This document shows, in pieces, positions 8,326-18,553 of a DNA stretch of 64,000 nt; positions within the stretch are counted from its first letter, which is position 1; the number at the start of each line of letters is the position of its first letter. The stretch covers positions 5,366-69,365 of the forward strand of contig JAJPIU010000203.1 of assembly GCA_021324535.1 (NCBI GenBank), read 5' to 3'. The DNA is from Pseudomonadota bacterium. Lineage in GTDB: Bacteria > Chloroflexota > Ktedonobacteria > Ktedonobacterales > JADMIN01. A model generated the notes under the pieces. It worked only from the letters and a program-made list of their open reading frames with translations, ran no database searches and had not been told where the DNA came from. The position numbers were made by a program, and so were the translations under genes.

Positions 8326-10059
8326 TTATTCCTCAGCCTCGCTGGCTTCGTCGGTCGTCTCGGCGGATGGCGTCGGTTGTGACGCCCCACGTCCCTTCTT
8401 GCGCAGGCTACCGGTCGTCCCTCGCGAGACGCTACGTGCGCCGTTGCGCGCCACGCCATTGAGCGTGCCCGCGCTGACGGGTTTGCCTACAGCGGCCAAC
8501 TCGCCTGAATCGGTCGCCTCATCTGCGCTTTCCTCGTCAGTTTGCGCCCCTGCTGAATCGAGCGGCAGAGCGTCCTCATCCTCCTCGGCAGAGGACAGCG
8601 CGCCCTCGTTTTCTTCCTCTTCGTCCGCCTCATCCTCAACAGCTACCGGCTGTGTGGCAATCACCACAGGCTGGCGCGCACGTGCGCTCACAGGGGCAAT
8701 GCGCTGGCCGGGGCGATTATAGCGCGCTACATTCACCGCGCTAACCGGCAAGCCGTACAGCTCTGGATGCGTGGCAATGCCGGAGAAGAGCAACAACGTC
8801 AGGAAGTTGCGCGTGACCACGACGGCGGTGAAGAGGCTGATCAACACGCCGATGGCGAGGTTCGTCGCGAAGCCAACGATGATCTCAGCGCCGAAGTTAT
8901 TGCCAAACCAGTACAGAATGACAGAGGTGATCAGCGTCGAAGCGTTGGAGTCGCGGATGGAGGGCCAGGCGCGCTTGAAGCCAACATCCACCGCCGAGGC
9001 CATTGTGCGCCCGGCGCGTAACTCCTCTTTCACACGCTCGAATATCAGGATGTTGGCGTCTACCGCCATACCAATCGTCAGGATCAACGCCGCGATGCCG
9101 GGCAGCGAGAGCGTGACGCCCACCAGCTTGATCACCGCGAACAGGAAGAGCGCATAGAGGACAAGCGCCATGTCGGCCAGCAATCCGGGCAGGCGGTAGA
9201 AGATCAGCATGAAGAGCACCACCAACCCCAGGCCGATCAGCGCGGCGCGGGCGCTGTAGTAGATCGCCTGCTGACCAAGCGTCGCCGCCAACTGCTGCTC
9301 GCCGACAAACTTCAACGGCAACGGCAGTGCGCCATATTTGAGTGTCGTGGCGAGGTCTTGCGCCTGGGTCAGCGTGCCTATGCCAGTGATCTGCCCCTGG
9401 CCGTCGATCTCGCTCTGAATCGTCGCAGACTCAATCACCTTATTATCAAGTGTGATTGTCAGATACTTGCCAACATTGTTGCGCGTGTAGGTGGCAAACT
9501 TGGACTTGGCCGCGCCCTGGAAGGTGAAGACCACCACCGGCTGGTTCGTCTGGCTGTCGATCTGGGCGCTGATGGAGTTGGGATCAAGATCGGAGCCTTG
9601 CAACACGACAGGGTATTGTCCCTCAGTAACAGTTGAGCCAATGGTGAGAGGTTGGCCACTGGTGTCAATGATTTCCATATGGCCGGTCTGGCCAAGCAAC
9701 GCGCGCGCCTGGGTATCATCGCGGATGCCGGGCAACTGAATGAGAATCTCATCGGTCTGCGCCTGACGCACCACTGCGTCGTTCACGCCCAGGCCGCCGC
9801 TCACACGCTTCTGAATCGCAGTGATCACCGCAGGCATCGCGCCCGCTTTATCGCAGTTGGGCTTGTTGGCGGGGCACTGCGCCTGAAGGATGAACTGAAG
9901 CCCCCCGGTCAGGTCAAGCCCCTGGCGGACTTGTAGCGAGTTGTTATAGCCTCCGATGTGGATGCCCGGCGTATTGGGCAGGTCAACATAGACAGCGCCT
10001 GCTGTCAGCAGCAGGATGAAGATCAAAAAGAAGATCGAGCGACTGATATTCGCGCGCAT
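8326..10059 (-). CDS. secD: Protein translocase subunit SecD, with acidic disordered C-terminal tail
   Basis: The 577-aa ORF has a SecD core (...LDLTGGLQFILQA...GIAALILTIGMAVDANILIFERVKEELRAG...). About 140 aa of D/E/S/A-rich tail follow. It lies immediately upstream of secF on the same strand. Confidence 0.9.
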   Translation of the reverse strand: MRANISRSIFFLIFILLLTAGAVYVDLPNTPGIHIGGYNNSLQVRQGLDLTGGLQFILQAQCPANKPNCDKAGAMPAVITAIQKRVSGGLGVNDAVVRQAQTDEILIQLPGIRDDTQARALLGQTGHMEIIDTSGQPLTIGSTVTEGQYPVVLQGSDLDPNSISAQIDSQTNQPVVVFTFQGAAKSKFATYTRNNVGKYLTITLDNKVIESATIQSEIDGQGQITGIGTLTQAQDLATTLKYGALPLPLKFVGEQQLAATLGQQAIYYSARAALIGLGLVVLFMLIFYRLPGLLADMALVLYALFLFAVIKLVGVTLSLPGIAALILTIGMAVDANILIFERVKEELRAGRTMASAVDVGFKRAWPSIRDSNASTLITSVILYWFGNNFGAEIIVGFATNLAIGVLISLFTAVVVTRNFLTLLLFSGIATHPELYGLPVSAVNVARYNRPGQRIAPVSARARQPVVIATQPVAVEDEADEEEENEGALSSAEEDEDALPLDSAGAQTDEESADEATDSGELAAVGKPVSAGTLNGVARNGARSVSRGTTGSLRKKGRGASQPTPSAETTDEASEAEE

Positions 10060-10414
10060 GCGGGTGAAGCCTCCTCGCCAGTGTCTCTGGCGCGTTCCTG
10101 GCGTATCCTGGCGATGTCCTGGGCGCGGGCGTTTGCTTAAACAGACACACTACAGCCCAGGGCGCGACCATCCCTGTCCGGCTCAGAACATCCAACGCGA
10201 TGCAGAGCAAACGTCGGTGGGGGTCAGCGGCGACCATGAAATAGACCATATTCCCCAAAAGTATAGCGGAGCGGTGGGAAGGCGTCAACAACGAGACGCC
10301 GAGAGTCCCGCATCGCAGGCTTCCGCTATACCGGGGAACATGCTACAATGGCCGTAGGTTTAGACGACCGGCCACGCCACAAAGCTACACGAGCAAAAAC
10401 AACGGAGGTTCTTC

Positions 10415-11305
10415 ATGAGCCAGGAATACCCTCTGCGCCCGGCTGAAACGGCGGGCGATGTGACCATTCCAGGCCTTTCTATCCACTATGCCGTGTGGGG
10501 CGCCGAGCATCCACCGGAACGCACGGCGCTGATGATTCACGGCATCACCAGCAATTGCCAGGCGTGGACGATCATCGGCCCCGCGCTGGCTGCCCAGGGC
10601 TATCGCGTGATCGCGCCCGATCTGCGCGGGCGTGGCCTGAGCGCCAAGCCACCGCATGGCTACGGCATTCCCTATCATGTTGACGATCTACTGGGGGTCT
10701 GCGATGCGCTGGGGCTGAAGCAGGTTGCCTTTATTGGCCACTCGCTTGGCGCGCAGATCGGCCTGATGTTCGCGGCGGTTCATCCGCAGCGCGTGGACAG
10801 GCTTGTTCTGATGGACGCAGGTGCGGCGATCCCCGCCGATTGGCGGGCGACCATTGCGCCATCGTTGAAGCGGCTTGGCGTGTCATATCCCTCGTTGGAG
10901 GCGTATCTTGCCATGTTGCGGCAATCCCCGGCCTATCAGTGGAACGCCTTTTGGGATACATATTTCACCTACGACGCCGAACAGCAGCCGGATGGCTCGG
11001 TGATCTCGCGCGTACCCGTACACGCCATCGAAGAGGAGGCGGCGGTAAACAGCCTCCAACGGCTTGATGGTTGCTATGAGGCGATTCACGCGCCGACGCT
11101 GATCGTTCGCGCGGGCTATGGCACGCTTGGCCCCGATACCGGCTTCATCCTCGAACCCGCAGAAGCTGGGCGCATGCGCCAGCGCATTGCAGACGCGCGC
11201 CTTGTCGAGATTCCCGCCGTCAATCACTACACAATGCTTACCTCTGGCGCGATGAGCGAGGCGATTCTGGCGTTCCTGGCAGAAACGCCCCAGAGCGCCG
11301 GGTAA
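10415..11305 (+). CDS. Alpha/beta-fold hydrolase
   Basis: 296 aa with an HGITSN oxyanion-type motif, the nucleophile elbow GHSLGA, and a C-terminal H in VNHYTML. ACGGAGG SD 6 nt upstream. Confidence 0.85.
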   Translation: MSQEYPLRPAETAGDVTIPGLSIHYAVWGAEHPPERTALMIHGITSNCQAWTIIGPALAAQGYRVIAPDLRGRGLSAKPPHGYGIPYHVDDLLGVCDALGLKQVAFIGHSLGAQIGLMFAAVHPQRVDRLVLMDAGAAIPADWRATIAPSLKRLGVSYPSLEAYLAMLRQSPAYQWNAFWDTYFTYDAEQQPDGSVISRVPVHAIEEEAAVNSLQRLDGCYEAIHAPTLIVRAGYGTLGPDTGFILEPAEAGRMRQRIADARLVEIPAVNHYTMLTSGAMSEAILAFLAETPQSAG

Positions 11306-11310
11306 GCAGC

Positions 11311-12174
11311 ATGGGAAGCGACACCAAGAAAGCGCACAACGAGCACACAATGGCTTCGCGTCAACCTCAGGCCGCTGCTGAGCCTGCGGGGTCTGCCACC
11401 GGAAGCGCGCCTGTAGAGGCTTCCGGTGGTGTTGACCCACGGGTAGCGCGCATCTATCAAAGATTGGTGGAGACCTATGGCGAACCACGGTGGGAGCCGG
11501 ACGGCGACGCGCTTGGCGGGCTGATTGCCACGGTGCTCTCGCAGCACACCTCCGACGTGAACTCTGCACGCGCCTATGCGACGCTCATCGAGCGATTCCC
11601 CACCTGGGAGGCCGTGCGCGACGCGCCAACCAATGAGATAGCCGACGCAATCCGCGTGGGCGGGCTGGCGCAGATCAAGGCCGAACGCATTCAACGCATC
11701 TTGCGTGAACTCACAGAGCGGCTACGCGCCGAACAGGCCGCGCGGGGCGTCCAAGACAAGGCTGACGAGGCTGACGAGGCTGACGAGGCATGTGAACCAC
11801 GGCTAACGCTGGATGTGTTACGCGGGCTACCTCTCGCGCAGGCGCAGGAATATTTACTCGGCTTTTCGGGCGTTGGCCCCAAGACGGCGGCATGCGTTCT
11901 GCTATTCTCATTGGGCAAGCCTGCCTTTCCGGTGGATACGCATGTGTGGCGGGTGACAAAGCGGCTGGGATTGATTGGCCAGCGGGTGAGCGCCGACGCC
12001 GCGCATACCATCCTGTTGGGCCTGATCCCTCCCGAATGGCGGCATACCATGCACGTCGATCTGATTCAGCATGGGCGGCGCATCTGCCATGCGCAACGCC
12101 CGGTCTGCCAGCGATGCCCGCTCCGCGCGGACTGCCAGTATTACTGGACAACACTGGCCCAGGCGTCCCGTTGA
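11311..12174 (+). CDS. nth: Endonuclease III-like HhH-GPD base-excision DNA glycosylase with 4Fe-4S cluster loop
   Basis: HhH-GPD motif LLGFSGVGPKTAACVLLFSLGKPAFPVDTHVWRVTKRLGLI and the C-terminal cluster CHAQRPVCQRCPLRADC. It contains an ADEADEADEA insert encoded by a 3 x 9-bp repeat. Confidence 0.85.
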   Translation: MGSDTKKAHNEHTMASRQPQAAAEPAGSATGSAPVEASGGVDPRVARIYQRLVETYGEPRWEPDGDALGGLIATVLSQHTSDVNSARAYATLIERFPTWEAVRDAPTNEIADAIRVGGLAQIKAERIQRILRELTERLRAEQAARGVQDKADEADEADEACEPRLTLDVLRGLPLAQAQEYLLGFSGVGPKTAACVLLFSLGKPAFPVDTHVWRVTKRLGLIGQRVSADAAHTILLGLIPPEWRHTMHVDLIQHGRRICHAQRPVCQRCPLRADCQYYWTTLAQASR

Positions 12175-12275
12175 GCGTGAGAAGATCGTTGACAAGAGTG
12201 TGTGAGATACTGGGTTTTTCCGAAAGAGGGCAATGACGCCTGTTTGCACATCAAGAGAGGCAACACGCTATTCCC

Positions 12276-12680
12276 ATGAAGCAGCAGCGCCAACACCATC
12301 AATCTATTCATCTTCGGCCATTGCAGCAGATACACCAAACTCACCGCGATCAATCAGCGCGCGACAGGCGCCGCTGGCAGCCGATCATCATGGGGTCGCT
12401 CACGCTTGGCGCATTGGTGGTGACGGTGGCGACACACCCAACCGTGCGCTACTGGTTAACAGAAGGCGCTTCGATCTTCTTTGTGTTTGGCGGGGTAGTC
12501 GCTGCGCCGCTCATGTCTGTGGTGGCGTGGATAGGATTGACGCTGCCCCATAACGTCGGCCTCCACCAGATCGCGCCCACCCTCTTCATTGCCGCGCTGG
12601 TGTGGTTCTGCCTTGCGCTTGGCGGCGCTCACGCCCACAGTGTGCGCCAGAGGCTAGATAATCCCTACGAGTCAGTTTAG
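12276..12680 (+). CDS. Hypothetical small membrane protein (about 3 TM)
   Basis: Hydrophobic segments begin at MGSLTLGALVVTVA. There is no clear SD and the N-terminal 38 aa look non-genuine, so the start may be near 12390. Confidence 0.4.
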   Translation: MKQQRQHHQSIHLRPLQQIHQTHRDQSARDRRRWQPIIMGSLTLGALVVTVATHPTVRYWLTEGASIFFVFGGVVAAPLMSVVAWIGLTLPHNVGLHQIAPTLFIAALVWFCLALGGAHAHSVRQRLDNPYESV

Positions 12681-13757
12681 TGTGGCGGCCTGCAAGGCAA
12701 TGTAGCCATCGCTGACGTAGCTGGTCTGCATGCTGAACATGATGGTCAACTGCTGGTTGGCGCTGGCAGCCTGGTAGGTGATCGTATAGGTTGCGTCAAT
12801 CTCGCCAGTGGTGGCGCCCAGCGAAGAGTCGGTATATTGGCTGGCGCTGTCGTCGCTGAGTGACGCGGTAAACACCGCCTGCGCACGATAGGCGCCCACA
12901 TAGACGGTCAGCGTGCGCGTCGTGGTGTCCGCTGGGAGGGTGAGCGAGAAGCCATTGCCAGCCCCCCGCACATAGATACCACACGTCACATTGCTGACGC
13001 TTGCGGTTGGCTGACCATCGCTCCAACTATAGGCGACGTTTGCCGCATCATAGCGCCCGACTTGCGCGCCGCCAATAAGCGTATAGGTACTGATCTGGCT
13101 ATTGCCGGTGGCGCGATGATTGAAATCGGTAGGGCTGGTAAGGCCCCAATGCGCCCAATCGCTAGAGTTTGTATTGGCGAGCGTCGTCAGGTTGGCCTGG
13201 CTGGGCGAGGGAGCCAGCGCGCCCGAAAGATACCCACCGCCCGGCGCGATTGCCGGAGTGCGCGTTGTGGCTGGCAGCGTCGGCAGGGTGATGGTACTGA
13301 CGCCTGGGGCGGCTGTGGCCGGAGCGAGGGCGCCACCCACCAGCGAAGAGATGGTGGAAGCCAGCAGAATCGCCCCGACAACGCCAACGATGGCCGCAAG
13401 CGCAAACACCACAAAGATCACTCGCCGCTGACCAATACGCTTCTTGCTCGCCTCATTGGCGAATGAGGATTGCGCCAGCCGCGCTTGCCCTCCTTTGCGC
13501 TGACCCAATGAGCCATACGAATAGGCGGGCGGGCGCTTGTGCGCAAAGCGGCTCATGGGAGGCCGCCGCCACGGCGTCAGACGCAGCTCTTCGCCGGGCG
13601 TCGGCAGATATGGCTCGGTTTCTTTCTCAAAAGAAGACGTTGATGGCGTTGGCGCCTGGTCGCCTGAGGGTGGCGCGGCAAGGGGAGCCAGCGATGTTGC
13701 GGTTGGCTCCTCATCGGTCGGAGCGCGCCAGGGGGTAGGAAGGTTCGAGCCGTCCAA
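12672..13757 (-). CDS. Hypothetical single-pass membrane protein with extracytoplasmic beta-rich domain
   Basis: 361 aa: a Pro-rich cytoplasmic N-terminus, a TM segment (VIFVVFALAAIVGVVGAILLAS), then an S/T/G/A/Y-rich C-terminal domain. TTG start with AAGGA upstream. No family recognised. Confidence 0.6.
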   Translation of the reverse strand: MDGSNLPTPWRAPTDEEPTATSLAPLAAPPSGDQAPTPSTSSFEKETEPYLPTPGEELRLTPWRRPPMSRFAHKRPPAYSYGSLGQRKGGQARLAQSSFANEASKKRIGQRRVIFVVFALAAIVGVVGAILLASTISSLVGGALAPATAAPGVSTITLPTLPATTRTPAIAPGGGYLSGALAPSPSQANLTTLANTNSSDWAHWGLTSPTDFNHRATGNSQISTYTLIGGAQVGRYDAANVAYSWSDGQPTASVSNVTCGIYVRGAGNGFSLTLPADTTTRTLTVYVGAYRAQAVFTASLSDDSASQYTDSSLGATTGEIDATYTITYQAASANQQLTIMFSMQTSYVSDGYIALQAATLN

Positions 13758-13912
13758 GACTACACATCCTTTCAGAGCAAATGAGTTCCGTACCAGTGTA
13801 CGCCTTCCCAGCGTCGTTGTCTATCGTGTGTTCCCCCATAGGTCTACAAAATATCCCTCTCCAAAAGAGAGGGATCATCTCCTGCCCAACTGCCTATGCT
13901 ACTGTGAAATGT

Positions 13913-15793
13913 CTAAGAGATGAGGGCGTCGAAGCGGGAGATGTCGGCGCGCACCAGATCGAGACTGCTTCGCCAGAAGTCGGGCGTGCGCAAATCAAAT
14001 CCAAAGCGCGCAGCCAGTGTCGCGGCGTCGGCCTGGCCGGTGGAGGCCAGCAGGTCATCATAGCTGGCGGTAAAGGCTTCGGGGTCGCGCTGGTAGCGCG
14101 CATACAGGCCCAGACCAAAGAGCAACCCAAACATATACGGGAAGTTATAAAATGAGCGCCCGGCGCTGTAGTAATGGGACTTCACCGCCCACATATACGG
14201 GTGGAGCGATGTTCCATCAAGCCCATCGCCATAGGTGGCGCGTTGCGCGTCCAGCATCAGCTCGCACAATTCATCAATTGACAACTCGCGCTGGCGGCGA
14301 CGCTCGAAGGCCGCCTGCTCAAACAGAAAGCGACTGGTGACGTCTACCACCACCTGACAGGCGCTTTGTAGATACGCCTCGAGGATTTCAAGTTGATCCT
14401 CCAGGTGGCCCGCGCGCAAAGCGGCATGACGCACGATGGTCTCACAGAAGATGCTCGCCGTTTCGGCCAGCGTCATCGGCGTCTCACGCTGCAACATGGT
14501 CAAAGGGGCCAGCCGCAGGTTATGATACGCATGGCCAAGCTCGTGCGCCAGCGTGCTCACCCCACCAAATCCTGGCTTGAAGTTCGACATCACGCGCGAT
14601 TCTTCGCCGCGCACAGGCATACAAAACGCGCCGTCCTCTTTGCCAGGGCGCGGCTCGGCGTCAATCCAGTGGTCGCGAAAAGCGCGGGCAGCGAGGTCGC
14701 GTAACGCGGGTGAGTAGGTCGCAAACTGGGTGAGGATAAACTCCTCGGCCTGCTCGAACGTCCAGGCGCGCCCGGCGGAGCCGACCGGCGCGCTGATGTC
14801 GTACCAGGCCAGCCGTTTCAATCCCAGCGCCCGCGCCTTCGCATGCAAATAGCGCCGAAAGTCGGGGAACGATTCGCGCGCGGCGGTGAGCATGGCGTCG
14901 AGGGTGGCGCGATCAATACGCGCGTCGAAGAGGGCAGCGTCGAGCGCGCTAGGCCAACCACGCCGATGTGTCAGGGTATTGACCTGCCCCTTTATGCCGT
15001 TGAGCGCGGCTGCCAACGGGGCGGCGTTGCGCTCCCAGCAAGCCAGTTCAGCCTCATAGGCGCGACGGCGTGTCGCGCGGTCGGGCGAGTATGCCAGGTT
15101 GCGCGCCATGCTCATTGTGATTGGCTCACTTGCCGTGCGGTCTGTATGCTTTACACATTCATCTGCCGAAAGGATCAGCGTCAACTGCGAGGTGATCACG
15201 CCATGCAGCTTGCCCCAGGCAGCGCCGCCGGTGACGTTCAACTCTGCGGCCAGCGCCTCTTCGGCGGGCGACATCTGATGGCGCGCCAGCGTCTGCGCCT
15301 CGCGCAGGGTAAAGGCATGCGCCCGCGCGACCGGCGATTGTGCAATTATCGCCTCGACATCCAGCGTCCCCACCCAGGCAATGAAGCGCGAACGCAACTG
15401 CGCCAGCCGCACGCCCTGCCGCTGGAGTTCGCTCTGGCGCGCCTGGGCAAGCGTATCGCGTGAGTTGGTGGCCACAAAGCTATAGATGTAGGAACTGACG
15501 GTACGGTACTCAGCAGTAACAGTGTTGAGTCGCTCGATCACACGCTCCACATCAGCAACGAGCGCACCGTCCTTAGCGTCCTTTGATTGCCCCCCGCCTC
15601 GTGTGCGCCGCACGCCCCGCTTTGCTCCCGCTGAACCTTCACCCACATGCGCCTCATCAAACACGGTGGTTAGGTCATCCAGCATCCGCTCGACTGCGGC
15701 GAACGCCTGCATAAACTCCGGCGATTCAAGACTGGGATAGATCGTCGTCATATCCCAGTGGGGCAATGTGGGCGACGCGCTGATCGTGGTCAC
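13913..15793 (-). CDS. pepF: M3 family oligoendopeptidase (PepF-like)
   Basis: HELGHAYH (HExxH) zinc motif and a typical PepF N-terminus (LPHWDMTTIYPSLESPEF). The track ORF extends to 15994, but a GTG at 15793 preceded by AGGAG fits the family length (about 626 aa) better. Confidence 0.85.
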   Translation of the reverse strand: MTTISASPTLPHWDMTTIYPSLESPEFMQAFAAVERMLDDLTTVFDEAHVGEGSAGAKRGVRRTRGGGQSKDAKDGALVADVERVIERLNTVTAEYRTVSSYIYSFVATNSRDTLAQARQSELQRQGVRLAQLRSRFIAWVGTLDVEAIIAQSPVARAHAFTLREAQTLARHQMSPAEEALAAELNVTGGAAWGKLHGVITSQLTLILSADECVKHTDRTASEPITMSMARNLAYSPDRATRRRAYEAELACWERNAAPLAAALNGIKGQVNTLTHRRGWPSALDAALFDARIDRATLDAMLTAARESFPDFRRYLHAKARALGLKRLAWYDISAPVGSAGRAWTFEQAEEFILTQFATYSPALRDLAARAFRDHWIDAEPRPGKEDGAFCMPVRGEESRVMSNFKPGFGGVSTLAHELGHAYHNLRLAPLTMLQRETPMTLAETASIFCETIVRHAALRAGHLEDQLEILEAYLQSACQVVVDVTSRFLFEQAAFERRRQRELSIDELCELMLDAQRATYGDGLDGTSLHPYMWAVKSHYYSAGRSFYNFPYMFGLLFGLGLYARYQRDPEAFTASYDDLLASTGQADAATLAARFGFDLRTPDFWRSSLDLVRADISRFDALIS

Positions 15794-15979
15794 TCCGCTT
15801 ACGCTCCTCTTGGTATTGGATAGAGAGGTTGATACAGCGCCTATGATGTTGGCGCTCCCATCGCCAGAAGAAGCATCTCTTGGCCCTGGCGTATAAACAA
15901 CACTATACATGATGGTAGGGGTAGATGGGAATAGTGTGGTTCTCATGAGAGAAGGGAAGACTGACATTGAACAACAACG

Positions 15980-16618
15980 ATGACATACAGACAAATGAAC
16001 AAGTCATCAAGGCGTGGTCTGACGCCGCAGCCGCCCATGCAAACGATTACGACGATGAGGGCGACATCCCCAAAAACTCCTGATGTAACGCAGGAGCCAC
16101 ACCCCTGGCTCTGGCCGTTGGCCAGCCTGCTGGCTGGCGCAGACGCCACCACACCTGGTGAGACGCTGAATCGCTTGGAGGCAGAGCCACTACTGCAAGA
16201 TGAACGGCATGAACTGGAACAGACAACTATCTTGTTGGCGACTTTGCGTTTCCCGTGGGAAACCATCATGCGTAGTCTGAGGAGGTCTCTCATGTTAGAC
16301 AAGATTTTGGCCGAGTCGTCTCTGCTTCCCTATTTACAACAACAAGCCAGGTTACAAGGTGAAGCGGAAGGTGAGGCGCGTGGTGAGGCGCGTGGGTTAT
16401 ACAAAGGTGAACTGCAAGGTTTACGTGAGGCCGTGCAGACAGCATGAGCCACCCGTTTTGGCGTGCTTAACGCCTCGATGGAGGCGGCGATTGCCAATGC
16501 CAGCCGTGAGGCATGCCTCGATGCGTTGGCGCACTTCATGAACGAGACGCTTGAGCAGATTCAGGCGCGATTAACCGCTGCGCCAGCGACAGACGAGGAT
16601 GCGCCTTCTGACGTCTGA
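15980..16618 (+). pseudogene. Decayed Rpn-family / DUF4351-like C-terminal remnant interrupted by an in-frame TGA
   Basis: A single frame runs 15980..16618 with one internal TGA at 16445-16447. The two halves read ...ETIMRSL...QQQARLQGEAEGEARGEARG...LREAVQTA and ATRFGVLNASMEAAIANASREACLDALAHFMNETLEQIQARL. Together they resemble the E-G-x-x-x-G repeat plus RFG-x-L module of DUF4351/Rpn putative transposases. No PD-(D/E)xK nuclease N-terminal half is present. Confidence 0.5.
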
Positions 16619-16928
16619 CAAGCCAGGAGAGAGAATCGGCGCTCTTCCATGTATGTAGAGTATACTGAAACAAAACGCTGATGGGCCGCGAGAGGGCACG
16701 ACCCACCAGCCGACGCAGACGGAGGGCGCCTACGCCGCTCCACACGCGAGGATACGTGTAGCGCGAGGTCAATGCGAACGAGTCCGTGCGCGCGTATGGT
16801 TCCCCAGCCATCGCCGCCGGGAGTGGACGCCCCGTTCGACTTATGCGCTTAGTATAGAACATTTGTTCATGTTTGTGCAAGTGCGATACTTTGGCTATGT
16901 GTTATGTCATCTGAAGGAAAGTGCTGTA

Positions 16929-17543
16929 ATGATTCAGGCCATATGCTTTGACCTCGATGGCGTGCTTCGCCTATGGGATGGTCGTCTTGTCGCACAGATC
17001 GAACAAGAGTCGGGCCTTCCAAGGGGGACAATCCACACCATTGCGTTCGAGCCAACGCTGTTGGAGCAGGCCATCACAGGGCGGATAAGCGATGATGTGT
17101 GGCGTGACGCTATTGCCGAACGCCTTTACCAGCAGTTTCCCGCGCTTACCGCAGCGCATGCGCAGACGCTCATCCGGCGTTGGTCATCGCCGGTAGGCGC
17201 AGTTGATGAGGATGTGCTTGCCATTGTCCGTGAGTGCCGTCGGCGGGTCAGGGTGTTGCTTGTGACCAACGCCACATTGCGCCTGTCATCCGATCTTGCC
17301 TGCTTGGGAGTTGATAGCGAGTTCGACGCTATTATCAACTCTGCTGAACTTGGCTGGCGCAAACCACAGCGAGAGCTATTTCACGCGGTGATCGATCAGG
17401 CAGGAGTCGAAGCGTCGCATATTCTGTTTGTAGACGATACGCCTGAAAACGTGAAAGCGGCTGAAGAGGCAGGGCTGGTCGGCCATCTGTATCGGGATGC
17501 GCTGGAGCTACATGACATAGTGCAGCGTTATGGCGTGCTTTGA
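16929..17543 (+). CDS. HAD-superfamily hydrolase
   Basis: Motif I FDLDGVL follows directly after MIQAIC, motif II is LLVTNAT, and motif IV is FVDDTPENV. A GAAGGAAAG SD sits upstream of the ATG at 16929; the track ORF starts earlier at 16863. Confidence 0.85.
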   Translation: MIQAICFDLDGVLRLWDGRLVAQIEQESGLPRGTIHTIAFEPTLLEQAITGRISDDVWRDAIAERLYQQFPALTAAHAQTLIRRWSSPVGAVDEDVLAIVRECRRRVRVLLVTNATLRLSSDLACLGVDSEFDAIINSAELGWRKPQRELFHAVIDQAGVEASHILFVDDTPENVKAAEEAGLVGHLYRDALELHDIVQRYGVL

Positions 17544-17633
17544 TCCACCTTGCCATACATGCCCCTGGTGGTATCATTCAAATGTGCTGACATCCCTTTC
17601 CAGAGACAATATGCGACAAGAAAGAGCATTCTC

Positions 17634-18461
17634 ATGGCGCAAGACTACATGCAAGACTACGCAGCGAACGCGACATCCTTTGACGATAAGACTGAGCTAC
17701 GCGGGCAGGTGGCCCTGGTGACGGGCGCCAGCAGCGGGATCGGCGCGGCGGTGGCCGAGGCGCTGGTACGGCGAGGTGTCTCCGTGGCGATGGCGGCCCG
17801 CCGGACAGATCGCCTACAGGAGATGGCCGCGCGGCTGGCCGACGAAGCGCGCGAACGCAACGCCAATGACGGCGCCTACGGCGAGACGCTCGCGCTGGCC
17901 TGCGACGTGCGCGACGCAGGGCAGACTGAGGCCGCCGTGCGGCAGACGCTCGACCGCTGGCGGCGGCTTGACATCGTGGTGGCAAACGCTGGCATCGGCA
18001 TACGCCGCCCACTCGTCGAAGCGGATCCCCAACGCTGGAAGGAGATGCTCGACACCAACGTCTACGGCCTGCTACTGACCCTGAAGTACGCAGTCGCGCC
18101 GATGCTCGAACGCAAGCGTGGCCATGTGATCGTCATGTCGTCGGTGGCGGGGCGTGTACCGACAGGAGGCGGCAGCGCCTATTGCGGCGCGAAGGCGGCG
18201 GCCACCGCCATCGCCGAATCGCTGCGTATCGAAGTTAGCGCGCAGGGAGTGCGTGTCACCACAATTGAGCCGGGCGTGGTGATCTCCGAGTTCCAGCAGG
18301 TGGCGGAATACGCGCCGGAGATCGTGCCCAATATGCTCAAAGGCGCGACTCCGCTCTACCCCGCCGACATCGCGCGCACCATCATCTTCGCGCTCGAACA
18401 ACCCGCATCGGTGGGCCTCCACGAGATTTTGATACGTCCAGCCGGGCAGGTGTATCCGTAG
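17634..18461 (+). CDS. SDR family oxidoreductase (short-chain dehydrogenase)
   Basis: TGASSGIG cofactor motif, NAG motif, and catalytic S...YCGAKAA (YxxxK). The likely start is the ATG at 17634. Confidence 0.85.
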   Translation: MAQDYMQDYAANATSFDDKTELRGQVALVTGASSGIGAAVAEALVRRGVSVAMAARRTDRLQEMAARLADEARERNANDGAYGETLALACDVRDAGQTEAAVRQTLDRWRRLDIVVANAGIGIRRPLVEADPQRWKEMLDTNVYGLLLTLKYAVAPMLERKRGHVIVMSSVAGRVPTGGGSAYCGAKAAATAIAESLRIEVSAQGVRVTTIEPGVVISEFQQVAEYAPEIVPNMLKGATPLYPADIARTIIFALEQPASVGLHEILIRPAGQVYP

Positions 18462-18553
18462 CGCACGTAGCGGCGGCTCCTGCCTCGCTGGGAAGCGAAA
18501 TGGGGGGACAAATGGCGCGACGACCCCCTTTTGGGTAGTTCGCGCTCCCCTTG

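Noticed and set aside
16445-16447. In-frame TGA considered as a selenocysteine or programmed-recoding site.
   Set aside because: Only a weak 4-bp GGCG/CGCC hairpin lies downstream, with nothing resembling a bacterial SECIS element. The family is not a known selenoprotein, and the gene also lacks its N-terminal nuclease half, so a nonsense mutation in a decaying remnant is more parsimonious.
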